64,000 bases of DNA, from assembly GCA_002104905.1 (NCBI GenBank), contig MCFE01000437.1, forward strand, positions 11,217 through 75,216, written 5' to 3'. Positions within the stretch are counted from its first letter, which is position 1; the number at the start of each line of letters is the position of its first letter. Both the position numbers and the translations under genes were made by a program. This document shows, in pieces, positions 25,701 through 39,200 of the stretch. Source of the stretch: Basidiobolus meristosporus CBS 931.73. Lineage: Eukaryota > Fungi > Basidiobolomycota. Under the pieces are notes generated by a model. The model did not search any database. It worked only from the letters and a program-made list of their open reading frames with translations, and was not told the DNA's origin.

Positions 25701-26744
25701 TATTCCAGGTACATAGAGTACGTCAGTCAGTTTTGCTGTTGTTGCCCCTGAGTTATCACTCATGTTTAGTTGTATAGACCCACTGGCGGTAGCTTCCAAT
25801 GCATAGTTATCTCCCAGATAAACCTTTCTTACGGGAATAGTCTTTAAGTTGCTGAACCAATCCTTTATACCACAAATATGCTGTGATGCTCCAGAGTCAA
25901 TATACCATTCATTACTTTGGTTACTTGTACTCTCTTGTACAGTGACAAATAACTGTTCATCAGTAGTTATATGGTTTGCCTGCTCTAGTTTCTGTTTTTT
26001 GTCTGCCTGTTTCTTCTTGCATTCTCTTGCCCAGTGTCCTGGCTTCTTACAGTAGTTACAGCAGCCAGGTTTTCTTTGGTTTTGTTGCTTTCCCTTCTTT
26101 TCTGTATGCCTTTCTGAACTGAATAAAGCATTATCTTTAGTTTTCTTTGCTTGATCATTACGTCTGAGTTCTTCATGGAGAAGTCTTCCTTTGACATAGT
26201 CTAAAGTCAAGTTGTCTTCTCTGCTTTCAAAAGAAAGTATGAGTGGCTCATACTTGTCTGGTAGGCTGCAAAGCAGACAGAGTATCTTTTCTTCATCATC
26301 TACACCAGCATTAATACTGTAAAGCTCTTCTGCAAGTGTCTCCATTCTGGTAATGAGTTGTAGCATGTCATCATCTGGCTTTGTTCTCATGTTGAAGAAC
26401 TTTTGTTTCAAATAAAGCTTGCTTGATACTGACTTTGCTCTGAAGATCTTCTCTAAGGATTCCCATGCTGCTTTAGCAGTATTTAAGGCATGGACTTGTC
26501 CAATGAAGGAGTCTTGTACATTGATGCATATTGCATTGAAGGCCCTTCTCTCCTTCTCTTGAAACTTCTCCACATCTTCTGTTGTTCCTTTGGGCTCAAC
26601 TTCCTTTCCTGTTACTATGTTCCAAAGCTTTCTTTCCTCAAGGTTGATCTGCATCTTGATTCTCCAAAGTCTGTAGCTCTTCCCATCAAAACTCTCCTTT
26701 ACAGGGAAGATGTTGGTATTGCTTTGTTTGCTGGTAGAAGTCAT
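22790..26744 (-). pseudogene. Copia-A gag-pol (gag, CCHC knuckle, PR, IN, RT, RH); about 2 in-frame stops and 2 frameshifts
   Basis: CNYCKKPGHWAREC; WYIDSGASQH; WHRRLGH; HSDICGP...SDNGGEY; YKARLVAKGYSQ; LYVDDLI; YSDSDW; HARTKHIDI; domain order PR-IN-RT-RH. Confidence 0.92.
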
Positions 26745-26768
26745 CTTTAAAATAGATTAAGGCAATCA

Positions 26769-26780
26769 GGGCTCATAACC
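26769..26780 (-). promoter_or_regulatory. Copia-A primer binding site GGTTATGAGCCC (half-tRNA-iMet type)
   Basis: Immediately follows the 5' LTR; same type as the Drosophila copia/Ty5 lineage PBS; identical to Copia-B PBS at 54281. Confidence 0.8.
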
Positions 26781-27755
26781 TGTTGCAATTTAAGAAGTGA
26801 TTTGGATATAAGGAACTTATCAAGAAATAGTGATAATAGTTGAACTGTTGTTTATTCATAAAGAAGCTCAGTATTTATACCTTTGTAGATGTAATACAGC
26901 TGCAACACTAAGTAGGGAGGGTTTCTCCATATTCAGGAGCATTCTGTTACAGTTTCAGGGTTAGTACATAATGTTTGGTAATAGTGCTTATTTGATCCTG
27001 ACTATAGGGGAATAATCATAAGATCATATATCTGAAGAGAGTGGCAAAGTTAAGGCAGTAAATGAGTCCTACAGTGACTAAGACTAGCCTAGAATTGTTA
27101 AGTAAATTTTTAGCTGCTGAATGATACCACATAGTCCAATATTTCAACAGTTTCAAGCACTATCTGATATCAAGGGTAACATCAGCTAGTTGAGTGGGGC
27201 ATTTGCTGGAAGTAGGGTATGACAAAGCACTCTGGGTAGAATCATCCACAATTTAGTAGAGGGGAGAGATGTATGACAGACTTAGCTCATACAGGAGAGG
27301 ATTTTCAGAGATCAAGATGTATTACAGCTGATAGGAAGCCCAGAAATGGTGTGCTCAGCATGGAGCAAAAGCTCTACAACAGGATTCTAATCATCTAAGA
27401 GTGAGGGTCAAACATATATTTAGATAGATAAGAAGATACTGCATATTAGCTAGTTAACACAGAGCAAAGTCATACATGAGAGAAAACAGCAACGTACGTA
27501 AAATAGTCAAAATACTTCTTAATGAGCAGTATACGCATACAAGAAGACCCTTGTGGCAAGAAATATGTGTGGAGCATTATTAATATTAAGTAAAGTAGGA
27601 AAAGCACTATTGTGAGGTAAATCAGATTGATTGAGTATAAACAGCAGTGATTATATCCTACCACCAGGACAAAGGTTAGAATTAAGGTGCTAGATTGATC
27701 TGGTGCAATCAATTGCTTGTCACTATGCGGCACTATCCAAGAAAACAAGTCTGAT

Positions 27756-30374
27756 AAGCACCAATACAATATGTGGTTGGCCTTGGTTGATTTGGCAATT
27801 TGGGCATGTTTTCACTAGCTTCTAATGTCATGTTCCATTCTGGGCCACCATGCTCTAGCTTTCACAAGGCTATAGGTTCCTTCGATTCCAAGATGTCCAT
27901 ATCCATTGTGTAACTTATGTATTAAATCCAGGCAAAAAACATAAGGGTAATAGGCAATAGGGCTTCCATCAACAATTTGGTAGAGTGTCTCATCCTGTAC
28001 TACAAAGTTGCTGGCTTCATCCCAGATTATCTTCTTGTTATCTTCATCCACCTCTGTTGGAGCAGCTTGGTCCTCCAAGTGCTTTAGTAACAAGCTAGTT
28101 CAATCTGATTCATGCACTAAGTAGAGTTGCTCAACTTGTACTAATCTTGATAAGGAGTTAGCAACTGTGCTGTTTTTTCCAGCGTAGTAGACAATCTCCA
28201 AATGAAATAGCTGAATGTGTTCACTGATTTTGTCATTCTTCTAGAGAGTACCTTCCAAGTAAAATATACTGGAGCAAGGCATGATTAGTCTTCCCAGTGC
28301 ATTTGACTCCTTCAATATAGCATATGCAAGTCTTCAAACAGTGTATATTAGCAAACATCTCCTTCTCATGCACTGGATAGTTGTGTTCTGCTGAGTTCAG
28401 TTTCTTGGATTCAAAGGCAATGGGGTTGACTTTTCCCTTGTGTTCTTGGCTCAACACTCTACCAATTGCATAATCTGAGGCATCTGTACACATAGTAAGC
28501 TCTTTTGTGAGGTAAGGTATTCTTAAGCTTGGTAGCTTAGCAAGTTCAATGTTGAGCATCTGGAAGGCAGTCTCACATGCTGTATCCCACTTGTGGGTAT
28601 TGTCTTTCTTGAGGGTATCAGTTAAAGGGGCGGCAATACTTGCAAAAGACTTGACAAATCTCCAGTAATAGGAAATCATTCCAAGGAATGATCTGAGCTC
28701 TGATATGCTATGGGGCTGTTTCAGATTTTTGATAACTTCATCCTTCTTAGGGTCTAAGGTTACTCCTGCGCTAGTCACTTTGTGTCCCAGATATTCAATG
28801 TATTCTTTGAAGAATTCACACTTGGATAGCTTGCCATAAAGCTTGTTCTCTCTTAGCTACTTCAAGACCTTTTCAATGTGCACCAAGTGATCCTCTTCCG
28901 TCTTGCTGTTTATCAATATATGATCTAGGTATATTATCACAAACTTGTCTAGGTACTCCTGGAAGACAGTCTGCATCAGTGTCATGAATGATGCAGGGGT
29001 GTTGGTGAGGCCCAAACTTATGACTTAGTACTTGTGATGTCCATATCTGGTACTGAATGCTGTCTTATGGATGTCTTCTGGCTTCACCCAAATCTGGTTA
29101 TATCCTGACATGAGGTCAATCTTGCTGAAAATAGTGGCTTCATTGAGCTGGTCCAAAAGCTTATCAATCCAAGGTATGGGGTACTCATTCTTCACAGTAA
29201 CTGAGTTGAGTGCTCTTCAGTCAAATCACATCCTAAGTGCTTCATCCTTCCTCTTCACAAAAAGCACTGGTGCTCCCCAAGGTGACTTGCTGGGTCTAAT
29301 ATATCCTTGATCCAGTAACTGATCTATTTGTCTCTTCATCTCTTCCAAATTCAATGGACTCATTCTGTAGGGCTTCTTACTCACTGAAGGGCTACCTCCT
29401 GTTTCAATGGCATGATCCACATCTCTGACTTGTGGTAGGCATACAAGCTCATCTGGAAATACGTCTGAATATTCCTTCAAAGAGTCTAGACCTTCTGGGG
29501 TTTCCGGAATGTCTCCCCCAAGACAAAGGATATCTTGCTCCTTGATCACAATCAACCTATGGTGCTATGTTGTCTAAAAATATATCTTAGGCAGTTTGCA
29601 AACTCCCTCTAGACCAGTCCAAACCTCACTGTGTTGTGAGTGGTGTTGTTTGTGCACCATTGAGAAAGCCATTTTGTTGGCATCCCTGAAGAAAAGTACC
29701 TGCATGAGGTATGTCTTTCCTCAGAATTTCATGAAGCTGCATATGGTGTGCACATGGTTGTCCCAGGAATCTAGCAGTCATTGCTAATGATGAAAAGTCC
29801 CTAAGTAAGGCATATTGAAAGAAGTTCTCCTAGTCAAAGGATCCCAGAAGATTGTTGGTTAGTCAACAACAAAAGATTTGTTATTTGCCTCATTTGAGGG
29901 ATGTTCAGAGAATCACTGACTGATTCAGTTTGTCTCAAGATGAGGTTGTGGTTATAGTGGCAGTCAGCTCTCTCAATAACCTCTGACTGATTTATTTGCT
30001 GCTACCAATGTTACAAGTCTTGGTATAAGAGTTGTAGAGGAATAGGGAGTTTAGCTAGTATTGTATTCACTAAAACTTAAACTGATTTTTATTGAGGTTC
30101 CAGCAGCTCCTTATGTACATTTTGCTAGATCAATTGCTGACTAATTGTATTTCCTTATTTAGGCTGTGGCTGATGACTCATTTGATTGCACCATCAGCAT
30201 CCAATAAGATCCTACTTAATACATCTATTTCTGTATGATAAGGATCTGCAGATTAATTTGCAGACTATGCTACTGATATGATAGATAATGCTGATATACT
30301 GATAACCTAAGCATATACTAATTGATTTGACTAAAAGCTGTTCCAACTCAAACATTCAAGCAGCAGAACATAAC
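27756..30374 (-). mobile_element. Ty3/Gypsy element, internally deleted (5' LTR 30009-30374, RT, RH, IN zinc-binding part)
   Basis: PBS TGGTAGCAGC next to LTR; KKPYRMSPL...LLDQGYIRPSKSPWGAPVLFVKRKD; TDASDYAIG.VLSQ; H..YGHLGIE.T...VKARAWWPRM. Confidence 0.88.
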
Positions 30375-31950
30375 TCCAGCATAAAGAAATACATTCCCAG
30401 TGGTAAAGCATCTGTTGATCAGATCCTTACCCAAAACAAAATAACTTTAACCGTCAAATTTTTGCTTATTACCTGCTCCAGGATATTCCAATACCATATT
30501 CATAGCACCTTATAGATATTTGAAAATCTGCTTAGCTGCTGTAATTTGATCCAATCCATAATTCTGCATGAGCTGACAGACTATTCCAACTGCTACTGCA
30601 ATATCTGCACCTGTAGACACCATCAAGTACATTGCCTACTAACCATTGATTGATTTTTTGGTCCATATTTGTGCTGTGTTCACCCAAAACTGGCTGAGAT
30701 TTTCTCAATTTCAGATTATTGTCCATAGTGGTAGCTGCAGGCTTACAACTTTCTTGTTTGAGGCACCTATCATTGACTATTCACCTGATTCCTCTGTACA
30801 CATATATAGTTTCTTGCAAATCCCCATTTAGAACGGCTGTCTTGACATCCACTTGGTGTAGATTTACACTGTATACAGCTGCCAGTACTAGAACTGTCTT
30901 AATGGAGTTAAACTTGGCAACTAGAGCAAATGCTTCATTTAAGTGTAGTCCCTGGATCTGAGAACAGTCTTTAGCCACCAATCTAGCCTTCTACTTATTG
31001 ATGGTACAATTTGAGGTTACTTTGATCTTGTAAACCCATTTACATCCTATTGGCTTTCTCCCAACTGGTAAATCTACCAGTTTGCACATTTTTGCTTTGA
31101 TCAGTAATTGGTACTCCTCCTACATGACTTGTTGCCACATAGTAGCATCTGGAATTTGCATTGCCTGTTCCAGACACTGAAGTTTGACACATAGGGCAAG
31201 ATAAGCCTCTTGACAATCAGTAGATGTTTGTCACCAGAATCAAGGGCATTTCTTAGTGAGTAGATCTCCTGCAGACTGTGCTGCATGACCTGGAATGGTA
31301 CAATGGACCAAATCTACCATACTTCTTTGGCTTGCTGGGTTCTAACTCCTCTTAGAAATACACTGTTGTTTGCTTTGTATTGATTCTCTATTGAACAATA
31401 CACAAACTGGTTTGTGCCATTGAGCATCTCAGGTTAGTGTACAGAAATCCAGTCTTTGAGTAGTTGCATTACTCACATGGAGTAGGTTCTTAGCTATTCC
31501 CAGTGCATAGAGTGGGTCAGTCAGTTTTGTTGTTGTTGCCCCTGAAGAATCAGTCTTATTTAGCTATATAAACTCAATGGCAGTAGCATGCAGTGCAAAG
31601 TCATTTCCAATGTGATCTGTTCCAACTGGAATAGACTTCCAGTTGCTATGTCACTGCATTTCACCACAAAAATGCTTTGATGCTCCAAAGTCAGTATACT
31701 ACTCTCTACTGCGGTTACTTGCACTCTGTTGTACAATTACAAATACCTGTCCATCTATTGTTATGTGGTTTGCCTACTCTAGTTTCCATTGTTTGGCTGC
31801 CTGTCTCTTCTTGTATTTTCTTGCCCAGTGTTGAGGCTTCTTACAGTAAATACAGCAACCAGATTTACTTTGGTCTGTTGCTTTCCCTTCTTTTCTGTGT
31901 GCCTCTAAGGATAAGTGGTAGAAATCAACCACTTCAGCTTCATGCTTGAA
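30375..31950 (-). mobile_element. Copia-A fragments (RH/RT/IN/gag knuckle), heavily deleted
   Basis: MVAKDCSQIQGL..NEAFALVAKFNSIKTVL; CIYCKKPQHWARKY; colinear pieces of 22790-26744. Confidence 0.75.
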
Positions 31951-31989
31951 GTTTAGACCATTCAAATTGCATTGCAAACTTCACACACA

Positions 31990-32450
31990 AAAGCTACATA
32001 TGTGTCAAGTTGGCATTGATAATCTGCTTTTGGATAAATCCGCCTATATTATCTGCATATGACTCTCCATATTTTTACTGTACTCTTGATAAAGAATTCA
32101 GAAAGCCACTTAAATAAATATATATGTAGTTCATGCAGTCCATGCACTTGTAGAGTTTCATATGCATATGAGCACTAATTAGAGCTTGCAAGAAATACTT
32201 TGTGTAGCAGATACTCTCTTATATCTTGCCAATTCTCTGAAATTTACTTCTATCTCAAATGGTACACTTAGCATGAAATGCCCCATATATAACTTGATAA
32301 CTAGTATTGGGACATTGTTGAGAAGCAAAAGCATTGCTCCCAAAGGAGAGCTTTGACTCCAACTAACACCCTTCATTTTAGGTATATCTGGTAGTTGATT
32401 AATTTTGTAGTGTGGTAAATGGCTTAGTGCTTGCCAACTTTACTGAAATG
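31990..32450 (-). pseudogene. CACTA transposase fragment
   Basis: ORF 32179-32376 GVSWSQSSPLGAMLLLLNNVPILVIKLYMG matches GICWSKSFPLGAMHLLFNNTPILMTKLYIG (52037-52531). Confidence 0.7.
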
Positions 32451-33924
32451 GCACTCTAACTTCTGTGCATTCTCTCTCCCTATGAGAAGTTTTGTTGACA
32501 AACATGTCAATAGGCTATAACAAAGCTAAAGTCCCATGCATAGGAGGTAGTGATCCTGTCAGGACACCATGCAGAGATTGTTGAAGATCTTTGACCACAG
32601 GATTTCACAAAATACTGAATCATATTTCTCTACACTACATTGCATCAGTGACTTTTGATTGGTCCTCTGCTAATTCTTGTACTTTCTGAACCCAGATATC
32701 CAGTCACCTCCTATGCTAGTATGTGTTGATTGGCTATTGCCTCTTTTCACAATCCATACTTCCTAACCAGCACCATGTTTTACTTTTTATGTGTACAATT
32801 TGTCAAATTTTCTTTTAATCATCAGTTGTAAGTTGACTTCAAGCTTTACTGATCTATACATGTCCTCCTACCCAACACCTACATTAGTTCAAACCTCACA
32901 CTCAGCACATAACCTCATAAACATCCATCATTCACGATATATTTCTGCTAAGATTCCCAAGTCAAAGCCCCTGGCAGGAACCCCACAGAATTATGCAATG
33001 TATTATTCACTAGCCCCTTTACATCCTGGTCCTCAGCCAGTGCTGTAAGGTCTAGCATCTCATTGTCCATCTTTGCAATAAATCCTTGCAATTTTCAAGC
33101 AAGTTCTCTTGAGTAGCAATCTACATCAAGTGCTGTAACTTTTTGCTGTGCCTAATATTGCCCCAAAGTTACATTTTAAGCATTGCAATAGTCATCAAGT
33201 TCTTTGCAGTTGTTACTTAATTAGTCATTGTGATTTTCACTCTCTTTGCAAATGATGATAGTCAGGTAGTGTTTATGTCCAAACAAAAAGTGGTACAGAA
33301 TTCTTGAACAGTTTAACTGAACATAAGTGACAACTGAATACAGAACCTTAGAGTTGTCAGAGTATGGCAGATATATTTGCTGAGAGGTTCTGGTCTAATA
33401 TTAGTCTTGTAGACAGCTGGGATTGGCAATAATGGCAACAGAGTTGGCTTGCTATGCAGGCTAGGCTTGGGTAGAAGCAAGGACAGAATTGTTAGATTCT
33501 TAATTTTGTTGTGACACAATTTCAATTTTCTTGATATATGCACTTGACCATAAGGCTCATGAAGCTTTACATATACTTTTGGATCAAGCTGAATTAGTAA
33601 GCACCAAGAAACTGGACTTATTGAAATCAGTGTGCATGTTGATAGGCACATAAGCTTATTGAAAGTGGTATTGTTGATCTGCTGATGTCTTGGCAAGTGC
33701 TGAATGTGTGGATAGATCACAGATAACTAATCACTAGGGAAGGTTTAACGGAGCAGTTGAGGATGTAATGATCTCATGAGAAGTGATCAGGTGTGACCAC
33801 AAAAGATGGAATTTGAGTGGTAAATGAGCCATAACAGAGATTAGTTGTGTTTGGGTTGGGGAAAATCTGTTAGGGCACCAGATTTTTTAACCAAGTAAAT
33901 TGGCCATTTCAGATGCTGATGTGC

Positions 33925-34292
33925 TGTTATCATCTGCTGCTTGAATGTTCAAGTTAGATCAGCTTTTAGTCACATCAATTAGTATATGCTTGGGTTATCA
34001 GTATATCAGTATTATCTATGAAATCAGTAGCATTAGTCAGCCAATGAATCAGCAGATCCTTATCAGACAAAAATAGATATAATAAGTAGGATCATATTGG
34101 GTGATGATGATGCAATCAAATAAGTCATCAGCCACAACCTACATTAGGAAATACAATTAGTCAGCCATTGATCTGGCAAAATGTATATAAGGAGCTGCTG
34201 GAACCTCAATAAAAATCAGTTCAAGTTTTAGTGAATACAATATCAGCTAAACTCCCTATTCCTCCACAACTCTTATACCAAGACTTGTAACA
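33925..34292 (+). repeat. Gypsy solo LTR (same family as 30009 and 36297)
   Basis: TGTT...AACA, 368 bp, colinear with the other Gypsy LTRs; flanks GTGC/GTAC (4-bp TSD, one transition). Confidence 0.8.
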
Positions 34293-35008
34293 GTACCACA
34301 CAGTGGTACATATTGACTTTCCTACAAGCTCTTCTACCGCACTCAAGTGTGGATTGACTGGCTGAACATTGAAATGTTCAATCAAGATTGGCTTTTTTGT
34401 TTGGAACTTGTCCTGTTTAGGAGTATAGGTGCAAATTGGCAAGAATTGCAGTTGTTTTCTTATACTTCTCTATCTCTGGCTTGGGTAGACTTTTTTCCCT
34501 TTATATTTTTACTCATCACTGCCAGGTCCTTTGCTGATACTTTGTCTGAGTGCTTCTTGTGTGGAACATTGTTTTCTTAATGATAATTGCTGCACTGGTG
34601 CATTGGCTTCTGCTTTCCTGTTCCTTATCACAAATCTTCAAGCAATCTGACATTTCTTTTTTTCCTGTTTTGAGCTTTCAGCTGTGTGGAGGGCTCCCAA
34701 GAAAATTGCTGGCTTATATTACTGCCTAGTCCTTCATTGCTACATAGACTGTAGGCTTCCTGAGTAGAGCTATGCCTTTTCCTTGATAAATGTGGTACAG
34801 GAACACCCCTTATAGGTACTCTTCCAGCTACCTATGTTATTTGCTGCTTATCTAGAGCTTTTAGCCCTACTTGCAATGAGCTTTTGTCTTTAGCTATGGT
34901 ACACTTGCTCCTCCGGCCCTAATAGCTAGCACACTTCATGAAACCTATTCTCAGCATGCTTAAAATCTGTTTGCTTGTTTGAGTCTAGGACAATGTTCAT
35001 GGAACAGG

Positions 35009-35387
35009 TTTTGAGTACTATTTGCAGTACCCAATCTTTGCCCAAGAGTTCTCCTGAGAGTCCTACCCAAAGTCCCCTAGTATCCTCCCTATGATTCCCC
35101 TACACGTTCTCCCTCCTATCCCTGCCCTTATCTAGTTAGAGCACTTACCATAACAGGAAAGTGCTCATGCCCCTATTTTATGATGCACTGTCTGTTATCT
35201 AAGCCCCACCAAGTGATATATATACATATCAAATTGAACCAAGTGCAAGGACAGGAAGATTTGGATGGAAATAAACACAAGTCTTGATTGCCTTGCTACC
35301 TTCTATTGGAAGCTATTCTGAACCAAGTGGTACAAACTTGACCTACAAGCTCTCCCACTCACAAAGTACAGTCAGTAATAACCCACA
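35009..35387. repeat. Probable solo LTR of a family not otherwise present in the window
   Basis: 379-bp insert in CACTA partner with CAGG duplicated on both sides; ends ...CA; TATA-like gatatatatac and AATAAA; starts TT rather than TG. Confidence 0.5.
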
Positions 35388-36296
35388 CAGGTCAAGCACA
35401 TTCTGCTTGGCCTTGAGTTCTTGATGGTAACATGTTATGCTGGCCTGAAGACAATGGCATGCTAGGACTCTTACAACCTCAATAATACTAGCCAATTCTT
35501 CATCAATGCACTGAACAGCTCCACAAATCTTCAAAGTCTTTTGGACTTTGCCACAAACACCACTATCTCTCCCACACAAGCTTTGTTGAGTTTGTCATGC
35601 ATATGACAGAGAGTCAAATCAAAGTGGAAATAGTCTTACTTATATGTGTGTGCAGTGCCACAATTTCTATAATGCTTACATTGATGTGTCATCCTTGGAT
35701 CTTAATTATATCAGGGTACAAAGTCTCAAGTAGAAGACTGTCTTAAATTTACATGAGTATAATTACAAAAGTGATCTAAAAGCATTACATCATTGAGTGT
35801 CAAGCTGTTTGCCTAATGGAAAAGCCTAATTTGATTGAACGCTGTAAGAAAAGAGAAAAAAGACCATGTAAATACTGTAGCAAGCCTCCCAGCCATGCAG
35901 CACACAGACAGCATGGGAAATACCGCAAGGATCATAACCAGAGTTTTGTAACATTAGCAATATTTACTTATTGATCATTCACTACTGTGCCAACAATTTT
36001 GGGCTTGCTACCAGATACTTCTACAATGGTATCTAGAAGTATGTGCCATCTTGCGCAAACTGAGCCAGGTGAGTTTGTCATGCCTGTAGGCTCATCTCAG
36101 CCTTCTGAATATGGCAAACAGGGTGATAGTTCTGAATTATATGTCTCACTGATGGATTATGAGCCTAAGTTCTCCAACAACAGTACCTTGAATGAGCCTG
36201 GCAAAATTCTGATTTGTGCTGATTCAATACAAATAGAAAAATGCCATATATACCTATGGAGCTAAGTGGGTGCATTAAGTCATCTAATGGTGAATG

Positions 36297-39200
36297 TGCC
36301 ATGATATACTGCATGAATGTTTAAGTTAGGTCAGTTTTTAATCAATTTAATTAGTTTCATGTTTGGCCTATCAGCATATCAGTGTTATCTATTAGATTAG
36401 TAGAATTGGTCAGCAGAAGAATTATCAGATCCTTATCACATAGAAATTGATATATTAGGCAACATATATTTGAGCAATGCTGATGCCATCAAATGAGTCA
36501 ACAGCCACAACCTACATTATGGAATACAATTAGTCAGCAATTTACTTGATAAAATGTATATAAGGAGCTGCTGCAACCTTAATAATGATCAATTAAAGCT
36601 AAACTGTGTATACCTTGACTATTCTTTTATCAAGACTTATCAAATTGGTAGCAGCAATAAATAGAAACCTTCCCCAAAGAAAGAAGAAGCCCCCCCCTCA
36701 AGATGACAGAAAATCAAGAATGGAAGAATGCTATGCAGCAAATCCTGGCCCAGTAGCAATGGTAACTCCTGATCCTTAGCCAGCAGCAACAAGGAATGGC
36801 TACCATGGAACAGAACCAGCAAAACATTGTCAAGAGCATCTCTAGTGCTCAGGTCAACCAGTACCATGGTAGAGTCAATGAAAACCTGGGAACTTGGCTC
36901 TTCCAAATTAAGGAAGCTTTCAAGGCCAGGGAACTGCTCCAGAAAGCAAGTTGCATTATGCAGCTTCTTACTTAACTGATGCAGCTTTACAGTGGCACCA
37001 CAACAAGATCATGCTGGCCACTATGATGGGTACTCTTCAATCTCTACCTGGGATGCATTTGTGTTGGAAATTCATGATACTTTTGAGCCCCTTCACCAGC
37101 AGTAACTACTGAGAAGGAAGCTCAAGACACTGTGACAGAAAGGTATGGACCTAGAACAAATCTATGAATACAGATGTCTTCCTGGACAAATTGAACAAAT
37201 GAACTTCACGGGTCAAGTTGTATACTATATTGATGTGTTGAAGGAAAGAATTTGCAAGGAAGTGAATTATCAGATACCTCAAACTATTGAAGAAGCTGTA
37301 AAGATTGCCAATGAGTATGACTCAGCTATGTTTGGAGTTGAAATGCCCACAATGACTACTCAGAGAGGCCACAGTAATTATGGAAGATGACAATCAGAAG
37401 TACTGCTAATGGAAATGGACACTATACAGAAGAATGTAAGAACAAGGAACCTTGCTTTCATTGCCACCAGCAAGGACATATTGCAAAGTACTGCCCTCAG
37501 AGAAGAAATGAACACTAGTCACCAAGAATCCTCAGCATTTTGAAGCCCTTGAGCATAGCAACATGGAGGATGAACTTGAAGAAGACTCAGAACTCACCTT
37601 GCATATAAATGACAAATATGTATCCAAATGACCTCAAGCTCAGGATATCTACTATACTTGAATGGGGTAACTAATGGAGTAGCTGCCAAATCATGATTGA
37701 CTCAGGAGCATTGCATGAGTACATGTTAGCGCAATTTGCTTTGAAAGCTGGAATCAACTCAAAACCCACCACATCAACTTCAATGCTAACAGGAGATGGG
37801 AACTCTCACATAATTGACCATATTATTCAGCCAGTAAGAATGAGGATAAACAACTATGAAGAAAACCTAGAGGCCTTTACATTTAAGAACTGCAAGTTTG
37901 ACCTTGTACTTGGAAAAATCTGGCTATTTAGTTGTAATCCATCAATCAACTGTAGAACACAAGCTACTCAGATCCTGACAGACTAAAAGACCTATGAGCA
38001 GTTACCTGCCAGACTGGATTTCAACTTGGTCAACTCTGGTTTGTGTGAAACAAATGAGCTTAGCTAGATATAGTTCTGTAGAGCACTTAGAAAAGGTAGC
38101 CAGATGCTCCTCATGGCAGTGTCACAGGAAATCTCCTGTACTCTAGCACCCCTGAAGGTCCAGAAACTTTTGAAGGAATATTCAGATACACTTTCAAATG
38201 AACTTGTAAGCCTACCCCTGTCAGAGATGTGGATCAGGCCATTGACACAGGATTTGGCCCCCCAGTAAGTAAGACACCTTACAGAATGAGTCCATTGAAG
38301 TTGGAAGAGATGAAAAGACAAATAGAACAGTTATTGAAGCAAGGATATATCCAACCCAGCAAGTCCACCTGTGGAGCACCAGTATTTTGTGAAAAAGAAT
38401 GATGAAGCACTTAATAGACTTGTTCCATTGGATATTGCCACATTGAGCCAAGAGTGCCAAATGATGCAATAGTGTACCAAGGAGGCCAAGCAAGCCTATA
38501 TTTGGCCACTGAGTGTGAAACATAGCTCTGCATCTGCATGCAAAGAGGCCCCTGTGTTTCACTCATTGTGCTGGAGAAAATCTATTTTTTGACCTTTTTT
38601 TCTGGATCAATGTTTTGCAGGATGTGTAGGAGCACAAAGCAATTGAAGGCATGCATCTGGTACTCAATACCCATGGCACTCTGAATCTAGCTTGTGTAGC
38701 TTGTATTATGTCACAAAAATGCATGGCACTATCTTGATCCACTGGTACTATCAGGCACTATATATAAATATTAGCCCTAAAGTGAGACCTATATAAAGCA
38801 CTTATAGTGCCAGACAGTACCAGTGGACCAAGATAATGCCATGCATTTTTGTGACATGAAACAAGCCACAAGAGCTAGATTCAAAGTGCCATGGGTATTG
38901 AGTATCAGAGGCATGTCTTAAGTCCTTCTGTGCCCTGACACATTTTGAACAATGTTGATCCAAAAAAAAAGGTCAAAAAATGGATTTTCTCCAGTACAAC
39001 AGGTGAAACACAGGGGCTGCTTTGCATGAAGATGCAGAGCTATGTTTCACACTCTGTGGCCAAATATAGGCTCACTTGGCCTCCCTGGGACACTATGGCA
39101 TCTTTTGGCACTCATGGCACAATGTGGCACTCTCCAAAGGAACAAGTCTAATGTACATTGACTACAGAGCCCTCAACTCAGGTACCATGAAGAATAAGTA

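Larger units (their letters stand above)
22487..27149 (-). mobile_element. Ty1/Copia family A, near-complete, two 369-bp LTRs
   Basis: LTRs 22487-22855 and 26781-27149 (TG...CA, 11 differences by eye); 5-bp TSD GTTTC (22482-86, 27150-54); PBS and PPT present. Confidence 0.95.
22046..27590 (+). pseudogene. Pangu-like transposase copy 3, split by Copia-A at codons VKF|QAL
   Basis: aaatacaaggcacactatgtgaagtttc | aagcactatctgatatcaagggtaac reads KYKAHYVKFQALSDIKGN across the Copia insertion. Confidence 0.8.
12421..27752 (+). mobile_element. Pangu-like copy 3 (inverted relative to copy 1), split by two Copia-A insertions
   Basis: 12421-13875 is the reverse complement of copy-1 right arm and partner 3' part; 21433-22486 partner 5' part, spacer and transposase 5'; 27150-27752 transposase 3' and TIR ...aaaacaagtct. 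Flanks AAT (12418-20) / GAT (27753-55), one mismatch. Confidence 0.75.
32520..36296 (+). mobile_element. CACTA copy C: left subterminal region, partner remnant (-) and transposase 5' part, interrupted by solo LTRs and unassigned DNA; ends at Gypsy insertion
   Basis: 32520-32790 resembles 47665-47920; 34570-35580 partner; 35830-35920 RPCKYCSKPPSH motif; 36260-36296 matches 51352-51389. Confidence 0.65.

Noticed and set aside
22487-27149. Dating insertions from ~3% LTR divergence
   Set aside because: No substitution rate is known, methylation inflates transitions, and the Copia-A differences may be partly artefactual.
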